Of a stretch of DNA of 59,529 nucleotides, positions 1 to 7,935 are shown piece by piece. A program made the translations under genes and the position numbers. The DNA lies in NCBI GenBank assembly GCA_035764655.1, contig DASTYU010000071.1:1-59529 (forward strand), given 5' to 3'. The stretch's first letter is position 1. Every line of letters begins with the position of its first letter. The notes under the pieces are model-generated. The model was not told where the DNA came from. It did no database searches and worked only from the letters and a program-made list of their open reading frames with translations. This DNA is from Candidatus Limnocylindrales bacterium. Lineage in GTDB: Bacteria; Chloroflexota; Limnocylindria; Limnocylindrales; CSP1-4.

Positions 1-323
1 TTCACCCGCCACAGGAAGTCGCCGCCCTTCCCCGGGCCTTCGCCCTCGCGCAGCGGGGTGAACGTCCCGTCGAGGGGGAGGATGTCGAGGCCGTGCCTGG
101 GGAGCTCCAGGTCGCGGATGATCTCGGGCCGCAGCAGCGAGACGACGTACGAGAAGACGCTGAAGCGGAAGCCGGGGATGAGCTCCTCGGTGACGGCCGC
201 GCCGCCCAGCACCTCGCGCTGTTCGAGAACGAGGGTCTTCAGTCCGGCGCGCGCGAGATATGCCGCGCTGACGAGACCGTTGTGGCCGCCGCCGATGATG
301 ACCGCGTCGTAGCGCTGCGCCAC
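1..323 (-). CDS. NAD(P)/FAD-dependent oxidoreductase (CrtI/phytoene-desaturase-like), N-terminal part; the gene runs off the left edge
   Basis: Absent from the ORF track because it has no in-window stop. Reverse complement from GTG at 323 reads VAQRYDAVIIGGGHNGLVSAAYLARAGLKTLVLEQREVLGGAAVTEELIPGFRFSVFSYVVSLLRPEII. This is a GxGxxG Rossmann fold followed by E-x5-GG, typical of this family. Confidence 0.75.
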   Translation of the reverse strand, partial: MAQRYDAVIIGGGHNGLVSAAYLARAGLKTLVLEQREVLGGAAVTEELIPGFRFSVFSYVVSLLRPEIIRDLELPRHGLDILPLDGTFTPLREGEGPGKGGDFLWRV

Positions 324-344
324 CCGCTCCCTCTCTTATCCAGT

Positions 345-363
345 CTGCATACGTTTCATGCAG
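345..363. promoter_or_regulatory. Inverted repeat CTGCAT-N7-ATGCAG in the divergent intergenic region
   Basis: ctgcatacgtttcatgcag has perfect 6-bp arms. It is a locally A/T-rich spot between the divergent oxidoreductase and aminomethyltransferase genes. Confidence 0.3.
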
Positions 364-408
364 CGTACCCGAGCGCCGGGTGCCCGTGCTCGGTCATACT
401 CCGTCGCG

Positions 409-1611
409 ATGAGCGTCGGGACCGCCTTCCATCCGCGCACCGCCGACCTGAACCGCAAGATGCAGTGGCGCGAGTGGTCGGGCTACTTCGCATCGTCGGT
501 GTACGCGGACTTCCACGACATCGAATACAACGCGATCCGCGAGGCCGCGGCGCTGATCGACGTCTCGCCGCTGTTCAAGTACCGCGTGAGCGGTCCGGAC
601 GCGGGCCGCCTCGTCGACCGGGTCATCACCCGCGACGCGACGAAGCTCGTCCCGGGCACCGTCTTCTACACGCCGTGGTGCGATGAGCACGGCAAGGTCA
701 TCGACGACGGGACGGTCCACCACCTCGATGACGGCACGTTCCGCTGGACGGCCGCGGATCCCCAGCTCCGCTGGCTCCGCATGAACGCGGCCGGGCTCGA
801 CGTCGAGATCACCGACGAGACCGAGCGGGTTGCCGCCCTGGCCCTGCAGGGCCCCCTGTCGCGCGCAGTCCTCGAGGCCGCCACTAGCGCGGAGTTCGGC
901 GACCTGCGCTACTTCCGGCGGCGCTCCGCGAAGGTCGGGTCGGGTCGGGCCGCTGTGGCCGTCGACGTGTCGCGGACCGGGTACACGGGCGATCTCGGCT
1001 ACGAGCTGTGGATCCCGGCCGACAAGGCAGTCGCCGTGTGGGATGCCCTCATGACCGCCGGGCAGGCGTACGGCATCCGGCCGGCCGGCATGCTCGCCCT
1101 CGACGTGGCCCGGCTCGAGGCGGGGCTCATCCTGATCGAGGTGGACTACATGTCGGCGCGCCACGCGCTCAATCCCGAGCAGAACTACTCCCCCTACGAG
1201 ATCGGCCTGGGCCGCCTGGTCAGCTTCGACAAGGGTGACTTCGTCGGACGGCTGGCACTCGAACGAGAGCAGCAGGCCGGGGGTCCCGGGCGACGGCTGG
1301 CCGGCCTCCAACTGGACTGGTACGACATCGAAGCGTTGTACACGGCGCAGGACCTGCCGCCGGCGATCTCGCCGATCGTCGACCGCTCGCCGGTGCCGGT
1401 GTTCGCCGGTGGCCGCCAGGTCGGCAAGGCGACCAGCCACGGCTGGAGCCCGATCCTCAAGCAGGCCATCGCGCTCGCATCCGTCCCGCCTCGGTACGAC
1501 GCGGCGGGCACGAAGCTCGACGTGGAATGGACCGTGGAAGGCCGCCGCGGGCACGTCGCCGCGACCGTCGTCGGCTTGCCGTTTCTCGACCTGGATCGAA
1601 AGCGCGCGTGA
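409..1611 (+). CDS. Aminomethyltransferase (GcvT/glycine-cleavage T) family protein
   Basis: ORF 358..1611. Homologous N-termini in this family begin near MSVGTAFHPRTADLN, so I take the ATG at 409. EYNAIREAAALIDVSPLFKYRVSGPDA and the folate-binding GcvT layout are recognisable. Confidence 0.85.
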   Translation: MSVGTAFHPRTADLNRKMQWREWSGYFASSVYADFHDIEYNAIREAAALIDVSPLFKYRVSGPDAGRLVDRVITRDATKLVPGTVFYTPWCDEHGKVIDDGTVHHLDDGTFRWTAADPQLRWLRMNAAGLDVEITDETERVAALALQGPLSRAVLEAATSAEFGDLRYFRRRSAKVGSGRAAVAVDVSRTGYTGDLGYELWIPADKAVAVWDALMTAGQAYGIRPAGMLALDVARLEAGLILIEVDYMSARHALNPEQNYSPYEIGLGRLVSFDKGDFVGRLALEREQQAGGPGRRLAGLQLDWYDIEALYTAQDLPPAISPIVDRSPVPVFAGGRQVGKATSHGWSPILKQAIALASVPPRYDAAGTKLDVEWTVEGRRGHVAATVVGLPFLDLDRKRA

Positions 1612-1618
1612 GGCGCGC

Positions 1619-1794
1619 TGCCGCGCATTGCGGCGGCCTTGCGAGCTCGGCCGGAAAGGCGACCTGAAACCCCCCTGCAAGCCTGCCTTCGCGCAGTAAA
1701 GGGTTTCCTGCCACCCTGACCGGGCGAACCTGCGCGGCATGCCTACGTTTCGACAGTCGCGTCCCGACGGTCCTGCCGTCGCGGGCGTGACGGC
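1619..1794 (+). promoter_or_regulatory. Structured 5' leader of the first RlpA-like gene; candidate c-di-AMP (ydaO/yuaA-class) riboswitch
   Basis: Perfect 9-bp closing helix tgccgcgca (1619-1627) / tgcgcggca (1731-1739). Segment CACCCTGACCGGGCGAACCTGCGCGGCA resembles the conserved ACCCGAAUCCGACAGCUAACCUCGUAAGCG 3' block as I remember it. A second CCCGACGG...GTGACGG element (1761-1794) is paralogous to the leader of the second gene. Not verified with a covariance model. Confidence 0.35.
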
Positions 1795-2415
1795 TTGACC
1801 GCCCGACGAGCGGTTGCGATGGCCATGCTGGCTGCGTTCACGACACTCTCCGTCGCGACGGCGGCGACCGCTCGTCCCCCAGCCCCACCGTCCACCCTGG
1901 ACGCCGCCGCGTTCCGACCCGTCGTGATTGCCGGATCAGAAGCCGGCAACGCCGCGCCGCTCCCGTCGATCGACGACGGCGCACCGGCGTCGCCGGCGCG
2001 GATCGGCGACTTCACGCAGCAGGACCGCTCGTTCGATCCGCGACCCAACCCCAACCAGCCGGAGCGGCCCGAGGCGTTGGTCAAAACGACGCCCCGGCCG
2101 AAGCCGGTTGCGGGCACCGCCGGTGGTGGGAGCCACAGCGTGCGCGGTACCGCGAGCTGGTACTGCAAGGCCGGCGTGAGCTCCTGCCATTACGCCTACC
2201 CGGGCGGCCTGTATGCGGCCGCCGGACCGGCGCTGCGGGTGGGCGACTGGCGCGGTCGAACGGTGACGGTGTGCGGATCCGGGAACTGCGTGAACGTCAA
2301 GCTGATCGACTGGTGCGCCTGTGGCAGCGGTCGCGTCATCGATCTCTACAGCGACGCGTTCAGCCGCCTGGCGCCCCTCTCCAGCGGCACCCTGTCCGTT
2401 CGCGTTTCCTGGTAG
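1795..2415 (+). CDS. Secreted RlpA-like double-psi beta-barrel (DPBB) protein, paralog 1
   Basis: TTG start followed by the signal peptide MTARRAVAMAMLAAFTTLSVATAATA. C-terminal domain GTASWYCKAG...AAAGPALRVGDWRGRTVTVCGSGNCVNVKLIDWCACGSGRVIDLYSDAFSRLAPLSSG matches the RlpA/DPBB pattern (ASWY...IDL..AF). Confidence 0.8.
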   Translation: MTARRAVAMAMLAAFTTLSVATAATARPPAPPSTLDAAAFRPVVIAGSEAGNAAPLPSIDDGAPASPARIGDFTQQDRSFDPRPNPNQPERPEALVKTTPRPKPVAGTAGGGSHSVRGTASWYCKAGVSSCHYAYPGGLYAAAGPALRVGDWRGRTVTVCGSGNCVNVKLIDWCACGSGRVIDLYSDAFSRLAPLSSGTLSVRVSW

Positions 2416-2514
2416 CGCGCGCCCGCCCTCGCCTCGCCCCGTCGCCGGGACGCTGGCTCCCCCGTGTATACTCGTGCGGCTGGCAGGACCCCAGGGGACC
2501 GCGCTCACCGCGGT

Positions 2515-2673
2515 ACCACCTGCCCCAATCCCATTCGCGACACCGACCGCGAGCGTCCATGCTCGCGGGGCGGACCTTGTCGTCGCGGGTGGGGAGGCCG
2601 CACCGAGGAAGAACCGATCGACGCACCACACCTACCCCCGACGACCGAGCGTCAGCCGACCCGTCACGGAAGG
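2515..2673 (+). promoter_or_regulatory. Structured 5' leader of the second RlpA-like gene; candidate c-di-AMP (ydaO/yuaA-class) riboswitch
   Basis: Blocks occur in the order expected for the ydaO motif: CCAATCC (2524-2530), CGCGGGGCGGACC, GGGTGGGGAGG, and ACCCCCGACGACCGAGCGTCAGCCGACCCGTCACGG (compare ACCCGAAUCCGUCAGCUAACCUCGUAAGCG of B. subtilis ydaO). Recalled consensus only; no cmsearch was run. Confidence 0.4.
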
Positions 2674-3282
2674 CTGACCGTCCGAAAGGCGGTCCCGCTC
2701 GCGGTTCTCGCGACGATCAGCACCCTGCTGGTCGCGACGGGATCGATCGCCCGTCCCCCATCTTCGGCCTCGTCCCCGGATCCGGGCGCGTTCACCGCCA
2801 TCGTGATGGCCGGCGGTCTGACCGAGGCCACCGTACCGCCCCCGGTCATCGGGGGCGGCGCGACGCCCAACGGGGATCCAATCGGCGACTTCCAGGTGGA
2901 GGAGGCCCGATCCTTCGAGCCACGGGCCAACCCCGATCAGCCGGCCAGGGCCGAGTCGCTCGTCAAGGCGACGCCGCGGCCCACGCCGCCGCCGAACCCC
3001 ACGCACAGCGTCAACGGGCGTGCGGCCTGGTACTGCAACAACGGCAGCGGCTGTCCGGCCGGCTACTCGGGCGGCCTGTACGCTGCGGCCGGTCCCGCGC
3101 TCCGCGTCGGCAACTGGCGGGGCCGGACCGTGAGCGTGTGCGGGTCCGGGAACTGCATCGCCGTGAAGCTGGTCGACTGGTGCGCGTGCGGCGGCGCCCG
3201 CGAGATCGACCTCTTCGCCGACGCGTTCCGCCGTCTCGCGCCCCTCTCGACCGGCACCGTCGCTGTTCGCGTCTCCTGGTAG
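2674..3282 (+). CDS. Secreted RlpA-like DPBB protein, paralog 2 (start inferred as CTG 2674; the only canonical in-frame start is GTG 2464)
   Basis: ORF 2464..3282. From codon 2674 the product (L)TVRKAVPLAVLATISTLLVATGSIARPP aligns without gaps to the first 29 residues of paralog 1 (16/29 identical). The 70 codons upstream are Arg-rich and overlap the structured leader. The C-terminal DPBB domain is highly similar to paralog 1. Confidence 0.75.
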   Translation: MTVRKAVPLAVLATISTLLVATGSIARPPSSASSPDPGAFTAIVMAGGLTEATVPPPVIGGGATPNGDPIGDFQVEEARSFEPRANPDQPARAESLVKATPRPTPPPNPTHSVNGRAAWYCNNGSGCPAGYSGGLYAAAGPALRVGNWRGRTVSVCGSGNCIAVKLVDWCACGGAREIDLFADAFRRLAPLSTGTVAVRVSW

Positions 3283-3293
3283 CGGCCTGACGC

Positions 3294-3311
3294 CGGGCCC
3301 GTTGGGGCCCG
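3294..3311 (+). terminator. GC hairpin downstream of RlpA paralog 2
   Basis: cgggccc-gttg-gggcccg, a 7-bp stem 12 nt after the stop. There is no U-tract. Confidence 0.35.
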
Positions 3312-3405
3312 AAGACCGGCTCGCAGCGGGTCGAAGTACCCTGTCTGTGGCCCCACCGCCGCCGCGACACTGACCGCGGCGTGGCACGCACGAGGTTCGA
3401 ACCAG

Positions 3406-4338
3406 GTGCCGAGCATCATTGAGGCATCCAGCCTCACCAAGTCGTACGGCAGCCGGCGGGGCATCAGCGACGTCACGTTCAGCGTCGACGAGGCCGAGGT
3501 CTTCGGCTTTCTCGGGCCGAACGGCGCGGGCAAGACGACGACGATCCGGACGCTCCTCGGACTGCTCCGGCCGACCGCCGGACGGGCCACGATCTTCGGC
3601 CTGGACGTGTGGACCGACGCACCCCGCATCCACGAGCGGCTGTCCTACGTGGGCAGCGACCCGGCGTACCTCGGCGAGCTGACCGCGGGCGAGCAGCTCG
3701 ATTACGTCGGCCGGCTGCGGCGCCTCCCGAAGGGTTCGTGGCGTGCGGTGGCCGAACGACTCGAGCTGGATCCGTCAGTCCAGATCCGCAAACTGTCGCG
3801 CGGGAACCGGCAGAAGGTCGGCGTCGTGCAGGCGTTCATGGGCGACGCGCCGCTGATCGTGCTCGACGAGCCGTCGAGCGGCCTCGATCCACTCATGCAG
3901 CGCGAATTCCTCGCCCTCGTTTCGGAGGTTCGGGCGGCCGGCCGGACCGTCTTCCTCTCGTCACACAACCTCCCGGAGGTCGAGCGGAGCTGCGACCGGG
4001 TCGGGATCATCCGGGAAGGACAGTTGATCGAGATCTCCCCGGTCCAGGCACTCCTGGCCGGCCACTGGCGCTCGGTCAACCTCGTGTTCGGTGCGCCGCC
4101 ACCGACGGGCGCCTTCGACCTCCCGAACGTGCAGGTCGTCTCGGCAACGGCGCGGGACGTCCATCTCATGGTCCGCGGCGACCTGAACCCGTTCCTGCGC
4201 AGGCTCGCCGAGCTGGAGATCCACGACATGTCGATCACGACGCCGGACATCGAGGACATCTTTCTCCGCTTCTACGACCGAGACGCGCCGATGCAGGTCG
4301 ACGACGCGCCCGGGGATGCCGCGAAGGTGGCGCGGTGA
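3406..4338 (+). CDS. ABC transporter ATP-binding protein (ABC-2 exporter type)
   Basis: Walker A GPNGAGKTT, signature LSRGNRQKV, Walker B LIVLDEPSSGLD. C-terminal accessory domain present. Confidence 0.9.
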   Translation: MPSIIEASSLTKSYGSRRGISDVTFSVDEAEVFGFLGPNGAGKTTTIRTLLGLLRPTAGRATIFGLDVWTDAPRIHERLSYVGSDPAYLGELTAGEQLDYVGRLRRLPKGSWRAVAERLELDPSVQIRKLSRGNRQKVGVVQAFMGDAPLIVLDEPSSGLDPLMQREFLALVSEVRAAGRTVFLSSHNLPEVERSCDRVGIIREGQLIEISPVQALLAGHWRSVNLVFGAPPPTGAFDLPNVQVVSATARDVHLMVRGDLNPFLRRLAELEIHDMSITTPDIEDIFLRFYDRDAPMQVDDAPGDAAKVAR

Positions 4339-5138
4339 CCGGAGCCGCGTTCGGGCTCGACCTGCGCCGGAGCCGGACGCTCATCCTCGGACTGGTCGTC
4401 GTCACGGCCCTGTACGCCGGCTTCATCTCGATCTTCTACACGAACGTCGTCGAGAACGCGGAACAGTTCGAGTCGCTGCTCGACGCGTACCCCAGGGAGC
4501 TGCTCGTCGCCTTTGGGCTTGGCGAGGGCAGCTTCGCGGATCCCGGGATCTTCCTGTCGGGCTACGTGTTCAGCTTCCTGTGGCCGCTCGTCGCGTCGAT
4601 CGCCGCCATCGCGCTCGGGACGCGGGTGGCGGCGGACGCGAACCGGGGCTTTCTCGACGTCGTCCTGTCGACGCCGCTGCGCAGGGTCAACCACCTCCTT
4701 GGCTCGATCGGCACCCAGGTCGTGGCGATCGCCATCGTCGCGCTGGCGATGGTCTTGGGCGTGTTCGTCGGCGACCTGCTGATCGTGCCGAACTTCCCGG
4801 AGGACCGGGTTGCGCTGTCGGCGCTCCATTCGCTCGCGTTCGGGGCCGCGATTGCGGGACCGACGACGCTCCTTGCGGTGGTCCTCCTCGATCGCGGGAG
4901 GGCGGCGGGGATCGCTGCGGGCGTCCTCGTGGTCATGTACCTGTTCAACGTCGTGGCGGCCCTCGCGCCGGACGTCGACTGGCTCTCGTCCCTGTCGGCC
5001 TTCCGGTACTTCAACTTGCAGGGCCTGATCGGTCGCGGCGAGTACCCGATCTCTGACTCGCTGCTGCTCGGCGCGCTTGCGGTGGCCGGCTGGACGATGG
5101 CGATCATCGCGTTCCGGCGGCGCGACCTCTCGGCCTGA
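4335..5138 (+). CDS. ABC-2 family transporter permease
   Basis: GTG at 4335 overlaps the ATPase stop (GTGA). The product has six hydrophobic segments (LILGLVVVTALYAGFISIF, FLWPLVASIAAIALG and others). The long upstream part of ORF 3609..5138 is an out-of-frame read through the ATPase gene. Confidence 0.8.
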   Translation: MTGAAFGLDLRRSRTLILGLVVVTALYAGFISIFYTNVVENAEQFESLLDAYPRELLVAFGLGEGSFADPGIFLSGYVFSFLWPLVASIAAIALGTRVAADANRGFLDVVLSTPLRRVNHLLGSIGTQVVAIAIVALAMVLGVFVGDLLIVPNFPEDRVALSALHSLAFGAAIAGPTTLLAVVLLDRGRAAGIAAGVLVVMYLFNVVAALAPDVDWLSSLSAFRYFNLQGLIGRGEYPISDSLLLGALAVAGWTMAIIAFRRRDLSA

Positions 5139-5147
5139 GCCGGCTCC

Positions 5148-5846
5148 TCAGGAGTCCACCTGGACGAGGTCGGCGGCGATCCGGCGCGCAGCCGCCTCGC
5201 TGACGCCGGTGAGGGTCAGCAACCAGCTCGGCTGCTCTCCGCGGTCCGCCACGATCGCCCAGCCGTCGGCGGTCTCGATGAGCGTGCCGTCGCGGTCGCC
5301 GAAGGCCGTCGGACCGAGCTCGTCGCCCGGCGGCACGCATTCCCCGTCGCCGGGGCAGTAGGCGCCCTGCTGGAGCAGCAGCCCGGCGCCCGCGGGTCCG
5401 CGGTACGAGATCTCGAGCCGGGGACCATCGGCCTGCCGCCACTGGCCGGTGCCGACGAACCAACCGGACGGCAGGGCCGGGCAGTACACCGGCCAGTCGA
5501 CGGCCTCCGCGAACTGCGCGAAGAACTCTCGGTTCTCGTCGGTCCCGGTGCACTCCGCGGTGACCGGACCCCCGTCGTCGGTCGGTTCCGGTTCAAGCGT
5601 CGGGGACGGCTCCTCGCTGGAGGGCGGCTGGGGTGTCGACGGTTCGTCGGTCGCGGGATCCGCGGTGGGCGCTGCCGACCCGGGGAGAGCTGTCGGCCCG
5701 ACTGGTGCAGGAGACGCGGAAGGCGCGACCGTCGTCGGGGTATTGCCGCACGCCGCGGCCAGGACGGCCACGAGGACGAGGGGGATGAGCACGTTGAATG
5801 CGCGGGCAGCAGGCATACCCGGCGCACTCGATCGACGCCGAGTCAC
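5148..5846 (-). CDS. Lipoprotein of unknown function (Pro/Ser/Thr linker plus ~130-aa Cys-containing domain), last gene of the B12-riboswitch operon
   Basis: Lipobox LVAVLAAAC-G, a low-complexity PSTE linker, then a globular part with 4 Cys (AECTG, VYCPAL, AYCPGDGECVPPG). It lies 27 nt downstream of the ABC ATPase on the same strand. Confidence 0.7.
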   Translation of the reverse strand: MTRRRSSAPGMPAARAFNVLIPLVLVAVLAAACGNTPTTVAPSASPAPVGPTALPGSAAPTADPATDEPSTPQPPSSEEPSPTLEPEPTDDGGPVTAECTGTDENREFFAQFAEAVDWPVYCPALPSGWFVGTGQWRQADGPRLEISYRGPAGAGLLLQQGAYCPGDGECVPPGDELGPTAFGDRDGTLIETADGWAIVADRGEQPSWLLTLTGVSEAAARRIAADLVQVDS

Positions 5847-5873
5847 GCGCGGCAGGGTACCACGGGCCGGCGG

Positions 5874-6626
5874 TCAGGCCGGCAGACGCACCAGGGCTGG
5901 GTCGACCCCGAACACATCGCGGACCCGGTCGGGGGTCAGCACGTCATCAGCGGGTCCGTCGGCCACCACCCGGCCGCGATCGAGCAGTACGAGTCGGGGG
6001 AAGAAGTGCGCAGCCATGGCCAGGTCGTGGAGCACGGCAAGGACGGTCGTGCCATCGCGCTCGTTGAGGTCGACGAGGAGCTCCATCGCACCAACCTGGT
6101 GACGCAGGTCCAGGTGGACCGTCGGCTCGTCGAGGACGAGCAGGGCCGTGGATTGCGCGACGGCCAGCGCGATCAGCACGAGCTGGCGCTCGCCGAGCGA
6201 CAGCTCGCGCACGTCCCGCCCGAGCAGGTGGCCGACCCCGACCCGCTCGATCGCGCCGGCGATCGCTGCGCGATCCGAGGGACGGGCGCCGCGCAGCGGA
6301 TGCTCGTACGGCAGCCGACCGAGCGCGACGACCTCCTCGACGCGCGTCGCGAACGGCAGCGTGGCCTGCTGCGGGACGACCGCGAGGCGGCGAGCCACCT
6401 CCATGCGGTCGAGGTCCGTCACCAACGCGCCACCGAGCTCCGCGCGGCCCACCGCGGGCCGGAGCAGCCCGCCGGCGACGCGCAGCAGCGTCGACTTTCC
6501 GGCGCCGTTCGGACCGATGAGCGCAACCCGCTCGCCGGGTTCGATGGCGAGGTCGACGGCATCGAGGACGTTCCGCCCGCGGTACGCGACCGTGACTCCC
6601 GCCAGGCGGACGAGCGGTTCGCTCAC
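5874..6626 (-). CDS. ABC transporter ATP-binding protein, iron-siderophore/cobalamin (FecE/BtuD) type
   Basis: GPNGAGKSTLL, LSLGERQLVLIALAV, LLVLDEPTVHLD. GTGA overlap with the upstream permease. Confidence 0.9.
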   Translation of the reverse strand: MSEPLVRLAGVTVAYRGRNVLDAVDLAIEPGERVALIGPNGAGKSTLLRVAGGLLRPAVGRAELGGALVTDLDRMEVARRLAVVPQQATLPFATRVEEVVALGRLPYEHPLRGARPSDRAAIAGAIERVGVGHLLGRDVRELSLGERQLVLIALAVAQSTALLVLDEPTVHLDLRHQVGAMELLVDLNERDGTTVLAVLHDLAMAAHFFPRLVLLDRGRVVADGPADDVLTPDRVRDVFGVDPALVRLPA

Positions 6627-7705
6627 AGCTCGTACCCCGCCCGAGCGCGGCGCAGGATCAGCAGGAAGAACGGCGCCCCGAGCACCGCCGTCACGACGCC
6701 GACCGGGATCTCGCCGAGCAACCGCGCCACCAGGTCCGCGTAGGCAAGGAGCGCGGCGCCGGCGATGGCCGACAACGGCAGGACGAGCCGCGCGGACGGC
6801 CCGACGATCAACCGGACGACGTGGGGGACGACCAGCCCAACGAAGCCGATGAGGCCACTGATCGCGACCGCGGCCGCCGTGGCCAACGAGGCGAGGCCCA
6901 GCAGGATGCCGCGCTCCCGCGCGACGTTCACGCCGAGGTTGGCCGCGGTCTCCTCGCCGAGCAGCAGGCCGTTCAGCGAGCGGGCCCTGAGCAGGATCGC
7001 GGCGGTTGCCACGGCCACGATCGGCAAGGCGCCGGCGAGGCGGGTCCAGCTCGCGGCGTCGAAGCTGCCAAGCAGGTACGTGAAGATCTGGCGTAACGCG
7101 GCGCCCGAGAGATACATCGCCATCGCGAGGCCCGCCGCGAGGAGCGAGCCGACCGCGTACCCCGTGAGCAGCAGGCTGGTCAGCGGCGCGAGGCCGCTCG
7201 TCCGCGACAGGCGGTAGACCGTGTACACCGAGACGAGGGCGCCGACGAACGCGAGCCCGTGGAGCAGGCCAAACTCCAGGATCACGAAGCGCACCGGGAT
7301 GAGCACCGCGATTGCCGCGCCGAGCGCGGCCCCGGACGCGGTGCCAAGCACATACGGGTCGGCGAGGGGGTTGCGCAGCAATGCCTGGAACGTGACGCCG
7401 GCGACGGCCAGCGCGAGCCCCACGAGCATCGCCGTCAGGACGCGCGGCAGCCGCAGGTCCATCACGATCGTCTCCGCGGCCGGCGCCCAGTCGCGGCCCA
7501 GGTCGAGCCCGAGGAGCCGGTGCGCCAGGATCGCCACGGTGTCGGCAGGATCGATCGATACCGACCCGAAGCCGACACCGAGCATGAGCGCCACCGCGAG
7601 CGCCGCGATCCCCCCGGAAGCCAGCAGGACGGGCCGACCCCGGATACCGGCCGCCCGGCCAAGAGCCAGGTGAGTAGCTGTCAGCGACTCGCCGCGCGTC
7701 GCCAC
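6623..7705 (-). CDS. FecCD-family ABC importer permease (BtuC/FhuB-like)
   Basis: C-terminal 361 codons of ORF 6623..8938: MDLRLPRVLTAMLVGLALAVAGVTFQALLRNPLADPYVLGTASGAALGA and GEIPVGVVTAVLGAPFFLLIL. Start taken at in-frame GTG 7705, just after the riboswitch terminator. Confidence 0.85.
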   Translation of the reverse strand: MATRGESLTATHLALGRAAGIRGRPVLLASGGIAALAVALMLGVGFGSVSIDPADTVAILAHRLLGLDLGRDWAPAAETIVMDLRLPRVLTAMLVGLALAVAGVTFQALLRNPLADPYVLGTASGAALGAAIAVLIPVRFVILEFGLLHGLAFVGALVSVYTVYRLSRTSGLAPLTSLLLTGYAVGSLLAAGLAMAMYLSGAALRQIFTYLLGSFDAASWTRLAGALPIVAVATAAILLRARSLNGLLLGEETAANLGVNVARERGILLGLASLATAAAVAISGLIGFVGLVVPHVVRLIVGPSARLVLPLSAIAGAALLAYADLVARLLGEIPVGVVTAVLGAPFFLLILRRARAGYEL

Positions 7706-7711
7706 GGCGCT

Positions 7712-7935
7712 CAGAAAACGAGGGGTCGGAAATCGCGGAACCCCTCGCCTCGCGCGTCGAGGGAGGGGTTCGATCTCGTCGGTCGCATCGGTCTGCCTAA
7801 CCCTTTCTCTCGAAGGTTCGAGCATCGACCGCGGGGCCGGCGACCGGACTTGCGCCCTCGGAGGGCGACCACCGTAGCGGGACTGTGCCGGATTCGCACC
7901 GGCTTCGCGACCACGCGGTGTCGTTCTGTTGCCGG
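7712..7935 (-). promoter_or_regulatory. Cobalamin (B12) riboswitch with terminator/antiterminator expression platform
   Basis: The minus strand reads GCGAAGCCGGTGCGAATCCGGCACAGTCCCGCTACGGTGGTCGCC...GCAAGTCCGGTCGCCGGCC. These are the conserved GCCGGTG.GA.TCCGGC..GTCCCGC.AC.GT core and a B12-box-like AGTCCGG..GCCGGCC. It follows a TAGAGT -10-like hexamer (7939-7944) and precedes a FecCD/ATPase importer. Confidence 0.8.
7713..7746 (-). terminator. Intrinsic terminator of the B12 riboswitch expression platform
   Basis: GAGGGGT-tccgcgatttccg-ACCCCTC followed by GTTTTCT. The 5' arm can instead pair with GAACCCCTC (7763-7771) as an antiterminator. Confidence 0.55.

Noticed and set aside
394-1740. 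448-aa minus-strand ORF antisense to the aminomethyltransferase gene. Similar long shadow ORFs occur at 10477-12099 (+), 11745-13454 (+), 12859-14175 (-), 15931-17799 (+), 18269-20086 (+), 24018-26255 (+), 29049-30647 (+), 38542-40632 (+), 45579-47687 (-) and 49815-51665 (+).
   Set aside because: Their products are Arg/Pro/Gly/Ala-rich with no motifs. They overlap genes with unmistakable family signatures. Long stop-free alternative frames are expected in DNA this G+C-rich.
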